Shown here in pieces: positions 8,248 to 17,002 of a stretch of DNA of 32,000 bases (positions within the stretch are counted from its first letter, which is position 1; every line of letters begins with the position of its first letter). The position numbers and the translations under genes were made by a program. The DNA lies in assembly GCA_900234795.1 (NCBI GenBank), contig LT962688.1, forward strand, positions 5,490,001 through 5,522,000. Direction: 5' to 3'. The DNA comes from Methylorubrum extorquens. Lineage in GTDB: Bacteria; Pseudomonadota; Alphaproteobacteria; Rhizobiales; Beijerinckiaceae. The notes under the pieces were generated by a model. The model had not been told where the DNA came from, did not search any database, and saw only the letters and a program-made list of their open reading frames with translations.

Positions 8248-8394
8248 GATCGAATGGGACAGCGGGGTTTGAAATGAGGCGCGTCGGAACAAAAGGCAGG
8301 CCCGAAGACCGAGCCGGTGCAGCAGGAGTCCGATCGCCCGGAGCGGTACCCCCGTCTGTGCTCCGCTTGTTGGCAGGGGACAGCCAGAGGCCGC
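8248..8394 (+). repeat. direct repeat copy 2 (partner of 1706-1851)
   Basis: See copy 1. It has the same orientation. The 19 nt at 8244-8262 (GCTTGATCGAATGGGACAG) also recur 18/19 at 10092-10110. Confidence 0.85.
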
Positions 8395-8426
8395 GACGAG
8401 CCGCCTTCTGAGGGGCCAAGCTGCCG

Positions 8427-8669
8427 TCAGAGACTCAGGCGCGAGACTTCGATGAGCACGTCTTCGAGGTAGGCCTTGAGGCGACCGATGCCAGCAGCGC
8501 TCGGCCCGATGATGCTGAAGCCGATCAGCTCGCCGCGGGCATGCACCCTGCGGAGCAGGGTCTCGGCCTTAGCGGCTACCTCGCGCTCGGACGGCGCGCG
8601 CAGGATGCTGCCAGTCTCGCTGGTCGTGATCCTGATCTCAAAGACTGGCGCGTCGTTCATGATCGACAT
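8427..8669 (-). CDS. hypothetical small protein (80 aa)
   Basis: Internal ATG of the tracked ORF 8427..8906. MSIMNDAPVFEIRITTSETGSILRAPSEREVAAKAETLLRRVHARGELIGFSIIGPSAAG... has a balanced, protein-like composition, unlike the N-terminal extension. There is no clear Shine-Dalgarno and I recognise no family. Confidence 0.3.
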   Translation of the reverse strand: MSIMNDAPVFEIRITTSETGSILRAPSEREVAAKAETLLRRVHARGELIGFSIIGPSAAGIGRLKAYLEDVLIEVSRLSL

Positions 8670-8899
8670 CAGACAACCGCTCTGCGGCGGAATCTTGTTC
8701 AAGCATATCAGTGAAATCTTCGCACAACTATGTTGCGCGATCGACATTGCGAATTCGCGGTAGCAGTTACTCCCCTTTAGTCCGGGCCCGAGCCTGCCGC
8801 GTAATCGTTCGAGCGACCCGCAACGATCGTCCCGCCCGCTAGTATCATCAGGGCAGAGGCGCCAGAATGCTGCCGGACCTGTTCCGTCCGTCACAGCAT

Positions 8900-10036
8900 T
8901 CAGCATCCTTTCGGTTTTGGGCGGGTTAATCGACGGATCGCCATAGCTGCCTCCAGCCTCCAGGTGCTCGGCGTCATGCCGGCCCAGCGCCGGAAAGCGT
9001 GCGTGAAGGCAGCCGGTTCGGAGAAGTCCAAAACGGCCGAAATCTGCGCTATGCTCATGCTGGTGTCGGCTAGGAGCTGCCGCGCCACCCGGAACTGCGC
9101 CTCGTTGGCCAGCTGCTTGAAGCTTGTCCCCTCGGCCTTCAGGCGCCGGCTCAAAGTACGTCGGCCTATCATCCTGAGCCGCGCGACACGCATCGCTCTA
9201 CAACGCTGGCGGGTCACTGCGGCGCCAAGGTATAAGCGGAGCTCATCGGTCAATGTGCAGCGCTCTGCGGCTGCATGCCGGCGGAGACGGTCTTCCACCT
9301 TCCGGCGAAGAGCTGGATCAGCGTTCTCGATCCGCTGCTGCAGAAGGGACGTCGGAAAAACCAGAGCGGCCGCATCCTGATTGAACCGGACGGGCGCGCG
9401 GAAGAAGGTTTTGTACGGCGCCCCGTCGTGCGGGACGGAGCGTGGCAGCAGCACCTCGAGCGGGGCCCATGACGGACCGCACAGCGCCCGCAGGATGTTG
9501 GTCGCTTTGGCAAGCGCCCGTTCCCCATGAAGTCCAGCGACCTCAGCTTCACCCTCATGAGATGCATAGGTCAGGACAGCGATATCGCTATAGACGCCAA
9601 GGCCGATCGCTGCGCCCCGGTTGTACAAGCTTAGGTGTGTTTCGAGAGCCCGCAAGGCGTCACCGACCGTCTCCGAGTTGCGCAGCAGCAGGCCGAGTAG
9701 CCCGAGCGACCGTAAGGTGGTCCGTTGCCCTACAAGCAGCCCAAGATGGGGGCAGTGTGTGTGGGGGGCTCCGAAGGCCATGAGGCGACTGAGCGCGGCG
9801 AACGACACAAATGAGCGACCGCCGGCCAGGAGTCGAGGTTCGAGGTTCGCCTCGGCGACGAGGGCATGGGAATTGACGCCGAGCTTCGTGAGCACAGCGC
9901 AGATTTCCTGCACGACACGAAGGTTGACATAGCCGGCAGGAGCGGACTGATCCGTCTCGCTCAGGTTTGCAATAGCGGGAGAAGTAACCTTACGTTCCGA
10001 AAGAAGGAGCTTGTCTGACGAGAGCACCGGCATCAC
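8900..10036 (-). CDS. AraC-family transcriptional regulator
   Basis: 378 aa. The C-terminal double HTH reads RTLSRRLKAEGTSFKQLANEAQFRVARQLLADTSMSIAQISAVLDFSEPAAFTHAFRRWAGMTPSTWR. The N-terminal domain resembles the AraC-type effector-binding domain. Confidence 0.85.
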   Translation of the reverse strand: MMPVLSSDKLLLSERKVTSPAIANLSETDQSAPAGYVNLRVVQEICAVLTKLGVNSHALVAEANLEPRLLAGGRSFVSFAALSRLMAFGAPHTHCPHLGLLVGQRTTLRSLGLLGLLLRNSETVGDALRALETHLSLYNRGAAIGLGVYSDIAVLTYASHEGEAEVAGLHGERALAKATNILRALCGPSWAPLEVLLPRSVPHDGAPYKTFFRAPVRFNQDAAALVFPTSLLQQRIENADPALRRKVEDRLRRHAAAERCTLTDELRLYLGAAVTRQRCRAMRVARLRMIGRRTLSRRLKAEGTSFKQLANEAQFRVARQLLADTSMSIAQISAVLDFSEPAAFTHAFRRWAGMTPSTWRLEAAMAIRRLTRPKPKGC

Positions 10037-10112
10037 TCCCTACCCGCGGTTCGACTCCCCCGAATCCAAGTTGGCGAAGCGGCGCCATAATGCTTGATCC
10101 AATGGGACAGTG

Positions 10113-10244
10113 GGCCGACTCCAGCGCTTCCGCATCGAGGGGCCAGGTGGCGAGTCTGGTCTCGCCCGCTGCCAGGAAGCCATCGTGCCAGGACGACAAG
10201 GTCGAGTGCGTCACTTCCAGGTTGCGCGAGACGCCCTCCGGCAT
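10113..10244 (-). pseudogene. short transposase HTH (IS3 OrfA-like) fragment
   Basis: MPEGVSRNLEVTHSTLSSWHDGFLAAGETRLATWPLDAEALE resembles the HTH/leucine-zipper start of IS3/IS911-type OrfA. It is only about 44 codons with no continuation. Confidence 0.3.
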
Positions 10245-10290
10245 AGTTGTTCGGTCCCCACAGGGCCTAACGGCTCCGTCAACCGCGCGG

Positions 10291-10356
10291 TGACCTGACC
10301 GGCTGGCTTTGGACCGGGCTGATTAAGAGGATCAGCTAGGACCGAAGGAGTCGGAC
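10291..10356 (+). mobile_element. solo left end (66 bp) of the IS3-family element seen at 1852 and 14007
   Basis: TGACCTGACCGGCTGGCTTTGGACCGGGCTGATTaAGAGGATCAGCtAGGACCGAAGGAGTCGGAC matches 1852-1917 with 2 mismatches. Homology stops exactly where the transposase ATG would follow. Confidence 0.85.
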
Positions 10357-10357
10357 T

Positions 10358-10993
10358 CTGATTGCCAGCCGGCTCATCCACGAAGAGCCCCCGGGCAGCA
10401 CGGTGCCGGAAGTGGTCGACCTAAACCCGCGGCAGTTGATGCAGGCGCGCGGCCTTATGGGCAGCGGGCGCGAGTACACACTGCTGCGAGCCAGCCTCGA
10501 GCGATTGCAGGGCACGCGGTACACGACGAACATCCAGCCCGACGGTGGCTTCGGCGCGGAGCAGACCTTCACGCTGATCGAGGATGTAACTGTCGGCGAC
10601 AGCCGTGGGCACCTTGAGGTGAGACTGAGTGGCTGGCTCCAGGCGGCAGTTGAGGAACGGCGGGTGCTGCAGCTCAGCGCGGCCTACCTGACTATCCCGG
10701 GCAACTACGAGCGCTGGCTGTACCGCGTTGTGCGTAAGCACGTCGGCCAGCAGCCGTACTTCCAGATGTCAGTCTCAACGCTGTGGGGTAAGTCCGGGAA
10801 GGGTAGCCCGCTGCCGCGCTTCAAGTACGAGCTGCGGAAGGTCATAGAGGCCAACGCCCTGCCGGACTACGGGGTTTACTGGCTGGATCGAGGAAAGCAG
10901 GAGGCCCTGGTGGCGATGGGGCCGCGGCCGGGCGCATTCGAGACGAAGCGGCGGACGGCGAGCGCCGATACGGCACGTGGGGAATGGGAATGA
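10358..10993 (+). pseudogene. plasmid replication initiator protein (RepA / RPA family), 5'-truncated at the solo IS3 end
   Basis: The C-terminal ~210 aa read REYTLLRASLERLQGTRYTTNIQPDG...LSAAYLTIPGNYERWLYRVVRKHVGQQPYFQMSVSTLWGKSGKGSPLPRFKYELRKVIEANALPDY, matching the conserved C-terminal half of alphaproteobacterial replication initiator protein A. The frame is open back to the IS3 fragment and there is no N-terminal half. Confidence 0.7.
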
Positions 10994-11488
10994 ACCTTGA
11001 TGCGGCACTCGAGGAAGGGCGCCGGCACAGCCGGCTTAATTCGGTAACTCTCGATCCCACTCAAGTCCGGTGCGAACAGCACCTCGAACAGTCCTTAGGG
11101 CAAATCGAGGTGTTGGCCCCGCTCTTCCTACCGAGCGCCTGCCCTTCCAGCGCAATCCTATAAGGGCGTTCCCTCGGCCCTGCGTCCGATCTCATCGGCC
11201 AGCCTCTTCGATTAGGTCATGTTGATCGTCGAATAGAATGGTCCTCAGATCGACGGCGGCCGTATATGGCTTCGGGCTTGATCCGGGGCGCCGCCGCCCT
11301 CATCGAGGGCTCCAGAAGCGACAACGGCGCAGGGTTGGTCCTAAGACCGCTGCGCCGCTGGATCGGGCCGCTGAGGGGGCAAGCGCAGCCTGAGGCGAAG
11401 ATGCTCCGGCATCGGTGCTGTGGATGTGCGCGGAAGCACGCTGGATGAGACAGCCCTAGACGCCGTTAGTTACGGCTAGGCAGAAAAA

Positions 11489-11779
11489 TCAAGCGTCTCT
11501 ACTTGCGCGGTGACCCACTTCGGCGTCGGTCAATGCGTTTTGACGATCCAGCAGGTACGCTTCGAGGTCGCCGCCAGCGGCTTCTTTAAGCACGGCAATG
11601 GAAATATCCTCGCTCTTGGCCGCAACAGCGCACGCTTCCGCCTGATCGCGCATCTCGGCCTTCGCCTCCACGTAACCAGGGGAGGTGAGGTTGTTCTCCA
11701 CCCAACCCTCAAGCCACTGATCCACGTCGACGTCGGCTATATCGATCACATCCTCTTGGTTGGTGCCAGCATACGTCAT
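11489..11779 (-). CDS. DUF768-like small acidic protein
   Basis: 96 aa. QWLEGWVENNLTSPGYVEAKAEMRDQAEACAVAAKSEDISIAVLKEAAGGDLEAYL follows the DUF768 pattern (F/W-x-x-W-hydrophobic-x-x-N/H-L ... acidic helical C-terminus) common in Methylobacterium and rhizobia. The assignment is from memory. Confidence 0.45.
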   Translation of the reverse strand: MTYAGTNQEDVIDIADVDVDQWLEGWVENNLTSPGYVEAKAEMRDQAEACAVAAKSEDISIAVLKEAAGGDLEAYLLDRQNALTDAEVGHRASRDA

Positions 11780-11958
11780 TGGGGAAGGATATGCGAGCGG
11801 ACGAGGCTGATCTCGGCCTTAAGCGCGGCGCCCTGCGCACAGCGATCCTGCTGGCACGGGCGCAGAAGGCGTGATCTACCCAGAGCACGTGTTCATGCTC
11901 CTTGCCTTACTCGACACGACGCAATCGCCCGTCATGGAGTGCATGCTAGGGCGTGTTG

Positions 11959-12400
11959 TCACTTGAGCCAATCGAGCGTTGCAGCGAGGCAGAGGACACC
12001 GGCGAAGCTGACGGCGGTCTTCTCGTAGCGTGTGGCGACGGCGCGCCACTCCTTGAGGCGCGCCCAGAGCCGCTCGACGATGTTGCGGTTGTTGTAGACC
12101 CAACCGCGGCCAAGCCGATGCTCGATGTTCCGATTGCCCACCCCCCGCAGCCTCCGGCGGTGGCCCTTCCCAGCCAACACGTCAGAAGCCTGAAGCTTGC
12201 GGCTGTTGTCATTCGCGCCTTGGGATCGTGCGGGAGGAAGCAGGCATGCGAAGGCGGGATGGGAGTGGCCGGCCCGGCCGCGATCCGTCCCGAATGTGCG
12301 AGCTGTACACATGCGCCTGCTCCCCATACCCAGCCAGGATAACGTGCTGTCGGCGCGGTCACGATGGAGAGCGTGGGCGGCCGGATGACACCGCGCTCGC
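11959..12400 (-). pseudogene. IS5-family (IS427-like) transposase remnant with frameshifts and deletions
   Basis: The C-terminus ...YNNRNIVERLWARLKEWRAVATRYEKTAVSFAGVLCLAATLDWLK* is diagnostic. Upstream there are only scraps of the N-terminal domain (GRPR..., ...RTFGTDRGRAG) in other frames. Confidence 0.7.
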
Positions 12401-12820
12401 TGTGTTCCAAGAGGCGGTCACCGCCCCAGGCAGACGGGACGGCCGCCTACCAGCCTCATGCATTTCGCTGCGTGTGAAGATCCCTGGGCCGACGAGGCGA
12501 GAGGCAGTGGGGGTAAGAACCCTCCCACCCCGCCGATATTCCCCCGGCGCTTAGGCCGGGGCCGACGCGGTATCTGGAGCGCCACCACGAACGGTCAAGC
12601 TTGCCGTCGAAGACACCTGCACGAGGCGTTAGCCTGCAGCTCGACTGATCGCCCGGATTGACTCTGGACAGCCGGCGTCAAGACTGAAGCAGAAGTCATT
12701 GATGACGGCGTGCCAAATGGCACGTCGTTCCAGAAAGTTCAGGCTTAACTCAGCGCTACGCAACAAGTCACGGCCAGCCGCCATTCGACGGAGACCGCGC
12801 AAGCCTTACAGGGTTGTGCC

Positions 12821-13102
12821 ATGAACACTCGTATCAATGCTGATATCGCCGCTTTTGTTCTGGGCGTCAGTGCGATATCTCCTCCTGCTTTTGCTCAGAG
12901 CTATTCAACGATCCGAGGTGAAAAGCCGTCGAGCTTCTTCACGGATCGGCCGGCACCGAACGCCTCCGATGACCTCACGACCGGCTCCATCAGCACATAT
13001 TTGAACCGCGGCATCGATCGCTCAGCCAAAGAGGGCAACGCGGAACTCAATGACCGCTATGTGCCCAACTACGGCATGACCTCTGGTGGCCCGAGGCGAT
13101 AA
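12821..13102 (+). CDS. hypothetical secreted small protein (93 aa)
   Basis: The signal peptide is MNTRINADIAAFVLGVSAISPPAFA/QS. GC content is lower than in the surroundings. A GC-rich hairpin (GGGGCG-CGACA-CGCCCC, 13104-13120) follows the stop. I recognise no family. Confidence 0.45.
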   Translation: MNTRINADIAAFVLGVSAISPPAFAQSYSTIRGEKPSSFFTDRPAPNASDDLTTGSISTYLNRGIDRSAKEGNAELNDRYVPNYGMTSGGPRR

Positions 13103-13593
13103 CAGGGGCGCGACACGCCCCGCCAGCCCGTGAGCAGATCGGACGGCGGGGCTGCTCATTGATTGTAAACTATGCTGTCCCCATCTCAGGGACATGCCGA
13201 TCGCGATCCTGTCGCTTGATCGGACGCGGCCACGATGCCGGGATGTGAGTGACGCCGGATGTACGCGCACCTTCGTTCCGGCCCCCGTGGCCGTTCTCTT
13301 TTCGGGTTCTGCCAGATCATTGTTGGGATGCGCATGGAGCCGGCTCGTCAACGCGAGCTGACGCAACCGGCATGCTCTCAACGAGGATCCGGATCATTTG
13401 GGACCGACTCGGAAGCAGGACAGCGGGAGGCTCACCGACAATGGCGCGCCAAGCCGCTACGAAGTCCGCCGGTGGGATATGGGCGAGGGTATCTGAGGCC
13501 GGAGACCTCGCATCATTCGGCATTCAGTGGCTCCTGATCGGCGCACAGATAAAGGCTCCGATCAGGTTTGAGTTCGATGGCCTAGCCGCGGGG

Positions 13594-14007
13594 TGACCTG
13601 ACCGGTATTTTGGACCGGGCCAGTTGCGAGGCTGCTGCATGGTAGTGGCCATGGGTAGCCGGAAGGCCAGATCCGGGAAGCTGGCAGGCGCGGGCGGCCG
13701 GTAGCGCAGCGACGAATGCGGCCGGACACGGTTGTAGGTGTTCTGCCATAGGCCAATCACGACCTGTGCTTCTCTCAGCGAGTAGAAGATCTCCTATCGT
13801 AGGCACTCGTCACGAAGCTCTGCTCGGAGATCTCCGCCTCCTTGCACGCCAAAGCCAAACTTTTGCCTTGAGCTGTCTGCACTTCGATCTGCCGCAGCTT
13901 GAGCACAACCTGTTCCGCGCTCGTCTTCTGACCTCGCTTCATTCCCAACTCCTCTGATCCCGGCTGATCCCTCAATCAGCCCAGTCCAAAGCCAGCCGGT
14001 CAGGTCA
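13594..14007 (-). mobile_element. IS3-family internal-deletion derivative, uninterrupted copy (414 bp, non-autonomous)
   Basis: It has the same terminal repeats as 1852..3393 (TGACCTGACCGGTATTTTGGACC at 13594; ...CCAGCCGGTCAGGTCA ending at 14007). It has the same OrfA-N / OrfB-C deletion junction (…AEISEQS|F–LRDECL…). The OrfB part carries an in-frame TAG. It is roughly 90% identical to the other copy. Confidence 0.85.
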
Positions 14008-14120
14008 AATCCAGGACACTCTGACTGGCGTGCGATGGCGCTGGAGAGCGTCTGGTACGATATCGGGCGTGCAGCGCAAGTGAGACAGAAGCGCCTGCCA
14101 GAGAGATTCTGTCTCACCCT

Positions 14121-14321
14121 CTATTTGGCATTCTGCCAGAGCGCCGTGATTTCGCGTAACGCTCTGTCACCATCTGCTGCTGACGTTCCCTCCGATCCAA
14201 ACGATCGAGGGGATCGGCGTAGTACCGCACCATCTTTCAGGATCGCCCAATCAAAGCGACCAGGGTCAGCCGTAGAAGGAGTGACCCGCAGCGTGTGTGG
14301 GTTCGGCGCGAAGATGATCAT
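14121..14321 (-). CDS. hypothetical small protein (66 aa)
   Basis: MIIFAPNPHTLRVTPSTADPGRFDWAILKDGAVLRRSPRSFGSEGTSAADGDRALREITALWQNAK resembles small PGRF-x-W proteins seen in rhizobia (from memory). The start codon is uncertain and the Shine-Dalgarno spacing is poor. Confidence 0.3.
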   Translation of the reverse strand: MIIFAPNPHTLRVTPSTADPGRFDWAILKDGAVLRRSPRSFGSEGTSAADGDRALREITALWQNAK

Positions 14322-14472
14322 CCTCACAATATGGGACGCGCCGCTGGCATTCGCCATGTGTCTAGAGGCAAGCGCCGGCAATTTATTTTACTTTTATTTG
14401 GGATATACCGCACCGAATTTCTCACGCCGCTTTTCTGAAAAATGTATATATCTCGCCCAGGAGGAGCGATCC

Positions 14473-14697
14473 ATGAACTTTACCGTCGAGTTTTTCCGGA
14501 TCAGGCCGGGTGATGCCGCTCATGCCATCTTGGATCGCGTTCCGCAGGACGTTCCGACGTTGGAGGATGCCAAGGTCAGGGCGCAGTCTCTGTTTGAGAC
14601 CTTGGACATGCCCCAGGCGCCCGATGGCCTGCGGATCCTCGACGGGTCCGGAGCCGAGGTCTTCTCCTGGAAGCCGGTGACGGCTGTCGACAGGTGA
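14473..14697 (+). CDS. hypothetical small protein (74 aa)
   Basis: A strong Shine-Dalgarno (AGGAGG, 14459-14464) lies 8 nt before the ATG at 14473. The stop overlaps the GTG start of the next gene (GTGA at 14694-14697). The composition is acidic and protein-like. Confidence 0.5.
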   Translation: MNFTVEFFRIRPGDAAHAILDRVPQDVPTLEDAKVRAQSLFETLDMPQAPDGLRILDGSGAEVFSWKPVTAVDR

Positions 14698-15299
14698 GTC
14701 TGGCGACATTGAACGCCTCTCAGGCAAACGCCGACAGCCAAGTAACCCAACTCGCCCGGCAGCTTCTGGACGGAGGGGCCTCCTGCCTGTCAGCACGAGA
14801 ACAGCGGGTCATCCTGCACGTTGCCAAGCGGATGCATGTGATCCAGGACGTCAACATCGTTCTCGCCGAGCAGCAAACCTTTGGCGAGCGCCTCGCGGAC
14901 CGGGTTGCTCAACTTGGCGGCTCGTGGGCCTTCATCATGGTCTTCACCGGCATGCTTCTCGCGTGGGTGCTCGTAAACACCGTCGTGCTGGCGCGATCTG
15001 GCGGTGGCTTTGATCCTTACCCCTACATCTTCCTCAACCTAATCCTGTCGATGGTCGCCGCCTTGCAGGCGCCTATGATCCTCATGTCTCAGAACCGTCA
15101 GGCAGCGAGGGATCGGTTAGCCGCAGCCCTGGATTACGAGATCAACCTTAAGGCCGAGGTTGAAATCATGTCACTGCACGACAAGCTCGACCGCATCCAG
15201 ATCGAACACCTTGAAGGCATGCTGATCACGCAGTCGGCACAGATCGAAGCCGTTGGGAAAGCGGTCGGCATTCGTACCGCGAAACCCATCACTGCTTGA
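14694..15299 (+). CDS. DUF1003 family membrane protein
   Basis: FGERLADRVAQLGGSWAFIMVFTGMLLAWVLVN...FDPYPYIFLNLILSMVAALQAPMILMSQNRQAARDRLAAALDYEINLKAEVEI is the conserved DUF1003 core (two TM helices plus a coiled C-terminus). Confidence 0.8.
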   Translation: MSLATLNASQANADSQVTQLARQLLDGGASCLSAREQRVILHVAKRMHVIQDVNIVLAEQQTFGERLADRVAQLGGSWAFIMVFTGMLLAWVLVNTVVLARSGGGFDPYPYIFLNLILSMVAALQAPMILMSQNRQAARDRLAAALDYEINLKAEVEIMSLHDKLDRIQIEHLEGMLITQSAQIEAVGKAVGIRTAKPITA

Positions 15300-15479
15300 G
15301 AAGCCACGATGAGGGGAGCCGCCTCGCTGCACGGGCGTCGTGGAATCAGGCAAATCAGCAACGCGCATGAAAAACTCCCGAAGGGCTCGTTGAGCCGAAG
15401 GGTGAGGTTGCGTCCGGCAAAACGTTCTCGTCAGCGCTGGGCTATTTGTAATGAAAGCGAAGGGACACTGCTGGCGAAT

Positions 15480-15616
15480 TCACGTCAGTGTCGCCGCGGA
15501 GGCGGCCAATCCTTGAAACAGACGGGCCCATGCCTTGGACAACGCAACGTCGGTCGCGCCTCCGGCTGCGACCGGAGCGCCAAGGTTGAATTCACCAACA
15601 GTGTCCGAAAATTTTC
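15480..15616 (+). mobile_element. right-end remnant of an IS1182-family element (solo inverted repeat plus degenerate transposase tail)
   Basis: GAATTCACCAACAGTGTCCGAAAATTTT (15587-15614) matches the terminal repeats of the IS1182 element at 26762..28534 (GACTTCGCCAACAGTGTCCGAACGTTT), about 24/29. The preceding ~100 nt give only frameshifted similarity to the transposase C-terminus. Confidence 0.5.
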
Positions 15617-15754
15617 CCACTCCGAATAAATGGCGGCTATTCACGCCTACCCGCCAGCGGGCCTTCATGCCTTGGCTATTTCGATTGTGATCGTCTGAAC
15701 ATCAATAAACCCTTGTTGGGTGATTAGCTACGATACCAGCGTAGGAGCCGCGAC

Positions 15755-15961
15755 ATGAACCACTTCATCGCCGACCCAACATCTGACGAAATCCGCCAGC
15801 GTGCCTATGAAATCTGGGAGCGGCGGCATCAGCCAAAGGGCTACGACACCGAGTTCTGGTTCGAGGCAGAACGCGAACTCAAGGCAGAACGTCTACACAA
15901 CGACAGGCCCGAAGGTGGCGGAATTCCGAAGAGTGGAGCGGGATCGGACTGCGCTTACTAG
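15755..15961 (+). CDS. DUF2934 family small protein
   Basis: IRQRAYEIWERRHQPKGYDTEFWFEAERELKAE is the DUF2934 signature. The stop TAG (15959-15961) is formed by the IS630 target TA plus the first base of the IS. Confidence 0.8.
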   Translation: MNHFIADPTSDEIRQRAYEIWERRHQPKGYDTEFWFEAERELKAERLHNDRPEGGGIPKSGAGSDCAY

Positions 15962-17000
15962 AGCCGTTCCCGCTTACGTAGCGACGGCCAAGTCGTTGTC
16001 GTAGCCGGCGGCGGCGAGGCTGTTGCGGCACTCATCTGGAGTGAAGCGGGTGAAGGCGTGCCGGATAACGTCCCAGAGGTCTGGCACGGTGCGGGCGGCT
16101 GCGGTCCGCAGCAGCGCTTTCAGCTTGGCGAAGATCTGTTCGATCGGGTTGAACTCGGGGCTGTAGGGCGGAAGGTAGAGCAGCCGCGCGCCGGCCGCCT
16201 CGGCCCGCTCGCGGATGCCGCTGACCTTGTGAGCTTGCAGGTTGTCGAGGATCACGATGTCGCCGGGCCGCAGCACCGGGACGAGGCGGTTGGCGACGTA
16301 GTCGCGAAAGCGCTGGCCATTGGTGGCGCCATCCGCGAGGTCGAAGGCGCACAGGCCGGTGGTGCGCAGAGCGGCGGTGACAGTGGTCGTTTTGTAATGG
16401 CCCTGGGGCACGAGGATCCGGCAGCGCTCGCCGCACGGGGCGCGGCCGTAGCGGCGGGCCATGTTGGTGGCGGCCGCCGTCTCGTCGAGGAAGACGAGCT
16501 TGTCGGGGTCGAGGTCAGGCTGAGCCGCGAACCACGCCTCACGCGCCGCCTTCACGTCGGCCCGCTCCTGCTCAGTTGCGTACAGCGCCCCTTTTTACGG
16601 GTGATCGCATGGCGAGCGAAGAAGCGTGACAGCCCGCTCGTGCTGGTCTGAACGCCCTGCTCGGCCAGGGCGTCGCGCAACTCGCGCAGGAAGCGTTCGG
16701 GCCGGGCCTCGTCGAGGGAGAGGATCAGATCCGCATGCGCCTCGATCGCCGGCAGGCGATCGTCGCCGTGTGTCGGTTTGGGGGCGACGTGACCCTGCTG
16801 CGCAAACAGCTGCGACCAGCGGCTGGCGCTCGACACGCTCACCCCGAACCGCGCCGCCGCCTGATGGAAGGAAGCGCCCTCTGTCACGGCCGCCACGACG
16901 CGCTCGCGCAGATCGACAGACAACGGTGAAGGCATCGCTGGCTCCTTCACCGGCCAACGCTCGAGCCACCGTCCTGTCGCAACACCGCCGGGCACGGCTC
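15961..17000 (-). mobile_element. IS630-family insertion sequence (1040 bp) flanked by a duplicated TA
   Basis: The terminal inverted repeats are GAGCCGTTCCCGC (15961-) and GCGGGCACGGCTC (-17000), matching 12/13. TA lies on both sides (15959-15960 and 17001-17002). Confidence 0.85.
15974..16935 (-). CDS. IS630-family transposase, two overlapping frames joined by a probable -1 frameshift
   Basis: The upstream frame starts MPSPLSVDLRERVVAAVTEGASFHQAAARFGVSVSSASRW... (Shine-Dalgarno GAAGGAG before ATG 16935). The downstream frame reads ...KAAREAWFAAQPDLDPDKLVFLDETAAATNM...DNLQAHK...LPPYSPEFNPIEQIFAKLK (DDE). The frames overlap at CGT AAA AAG GGG (A5 run at 16592-16596). Confidence 0.85.
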
Positions 17001-17002
17001 TA

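Noticed and set aside
10994-11488. A ~500-bp stretch between the repA remnant and the DUF768-like gene, examined for a toxin-antitoxin pair, iterons or partition sites.
   Set aside because: There are no repeated motifs and no ORF with a plausible start, ribosome-binding site or recognisable family. ORFs 10842..11060, 10876..11082 and 11266..11448 look like compositional artefacts.
13317-13523. 68-aa ORF (MPNDARSPASDTLAHIPPADFVAAWRAIVGEPPAVLLPSRSQMIRILVE...) with a faint resemblance to the DUF2924 N-terminus.
   Set aside because: The similarity is a short pattern recalled from memory. The ORF ends abruptly in low-complexity sequence, has no ribosome-binding site and overlaps other equally long ORFs. 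At best it is a gene fragment.
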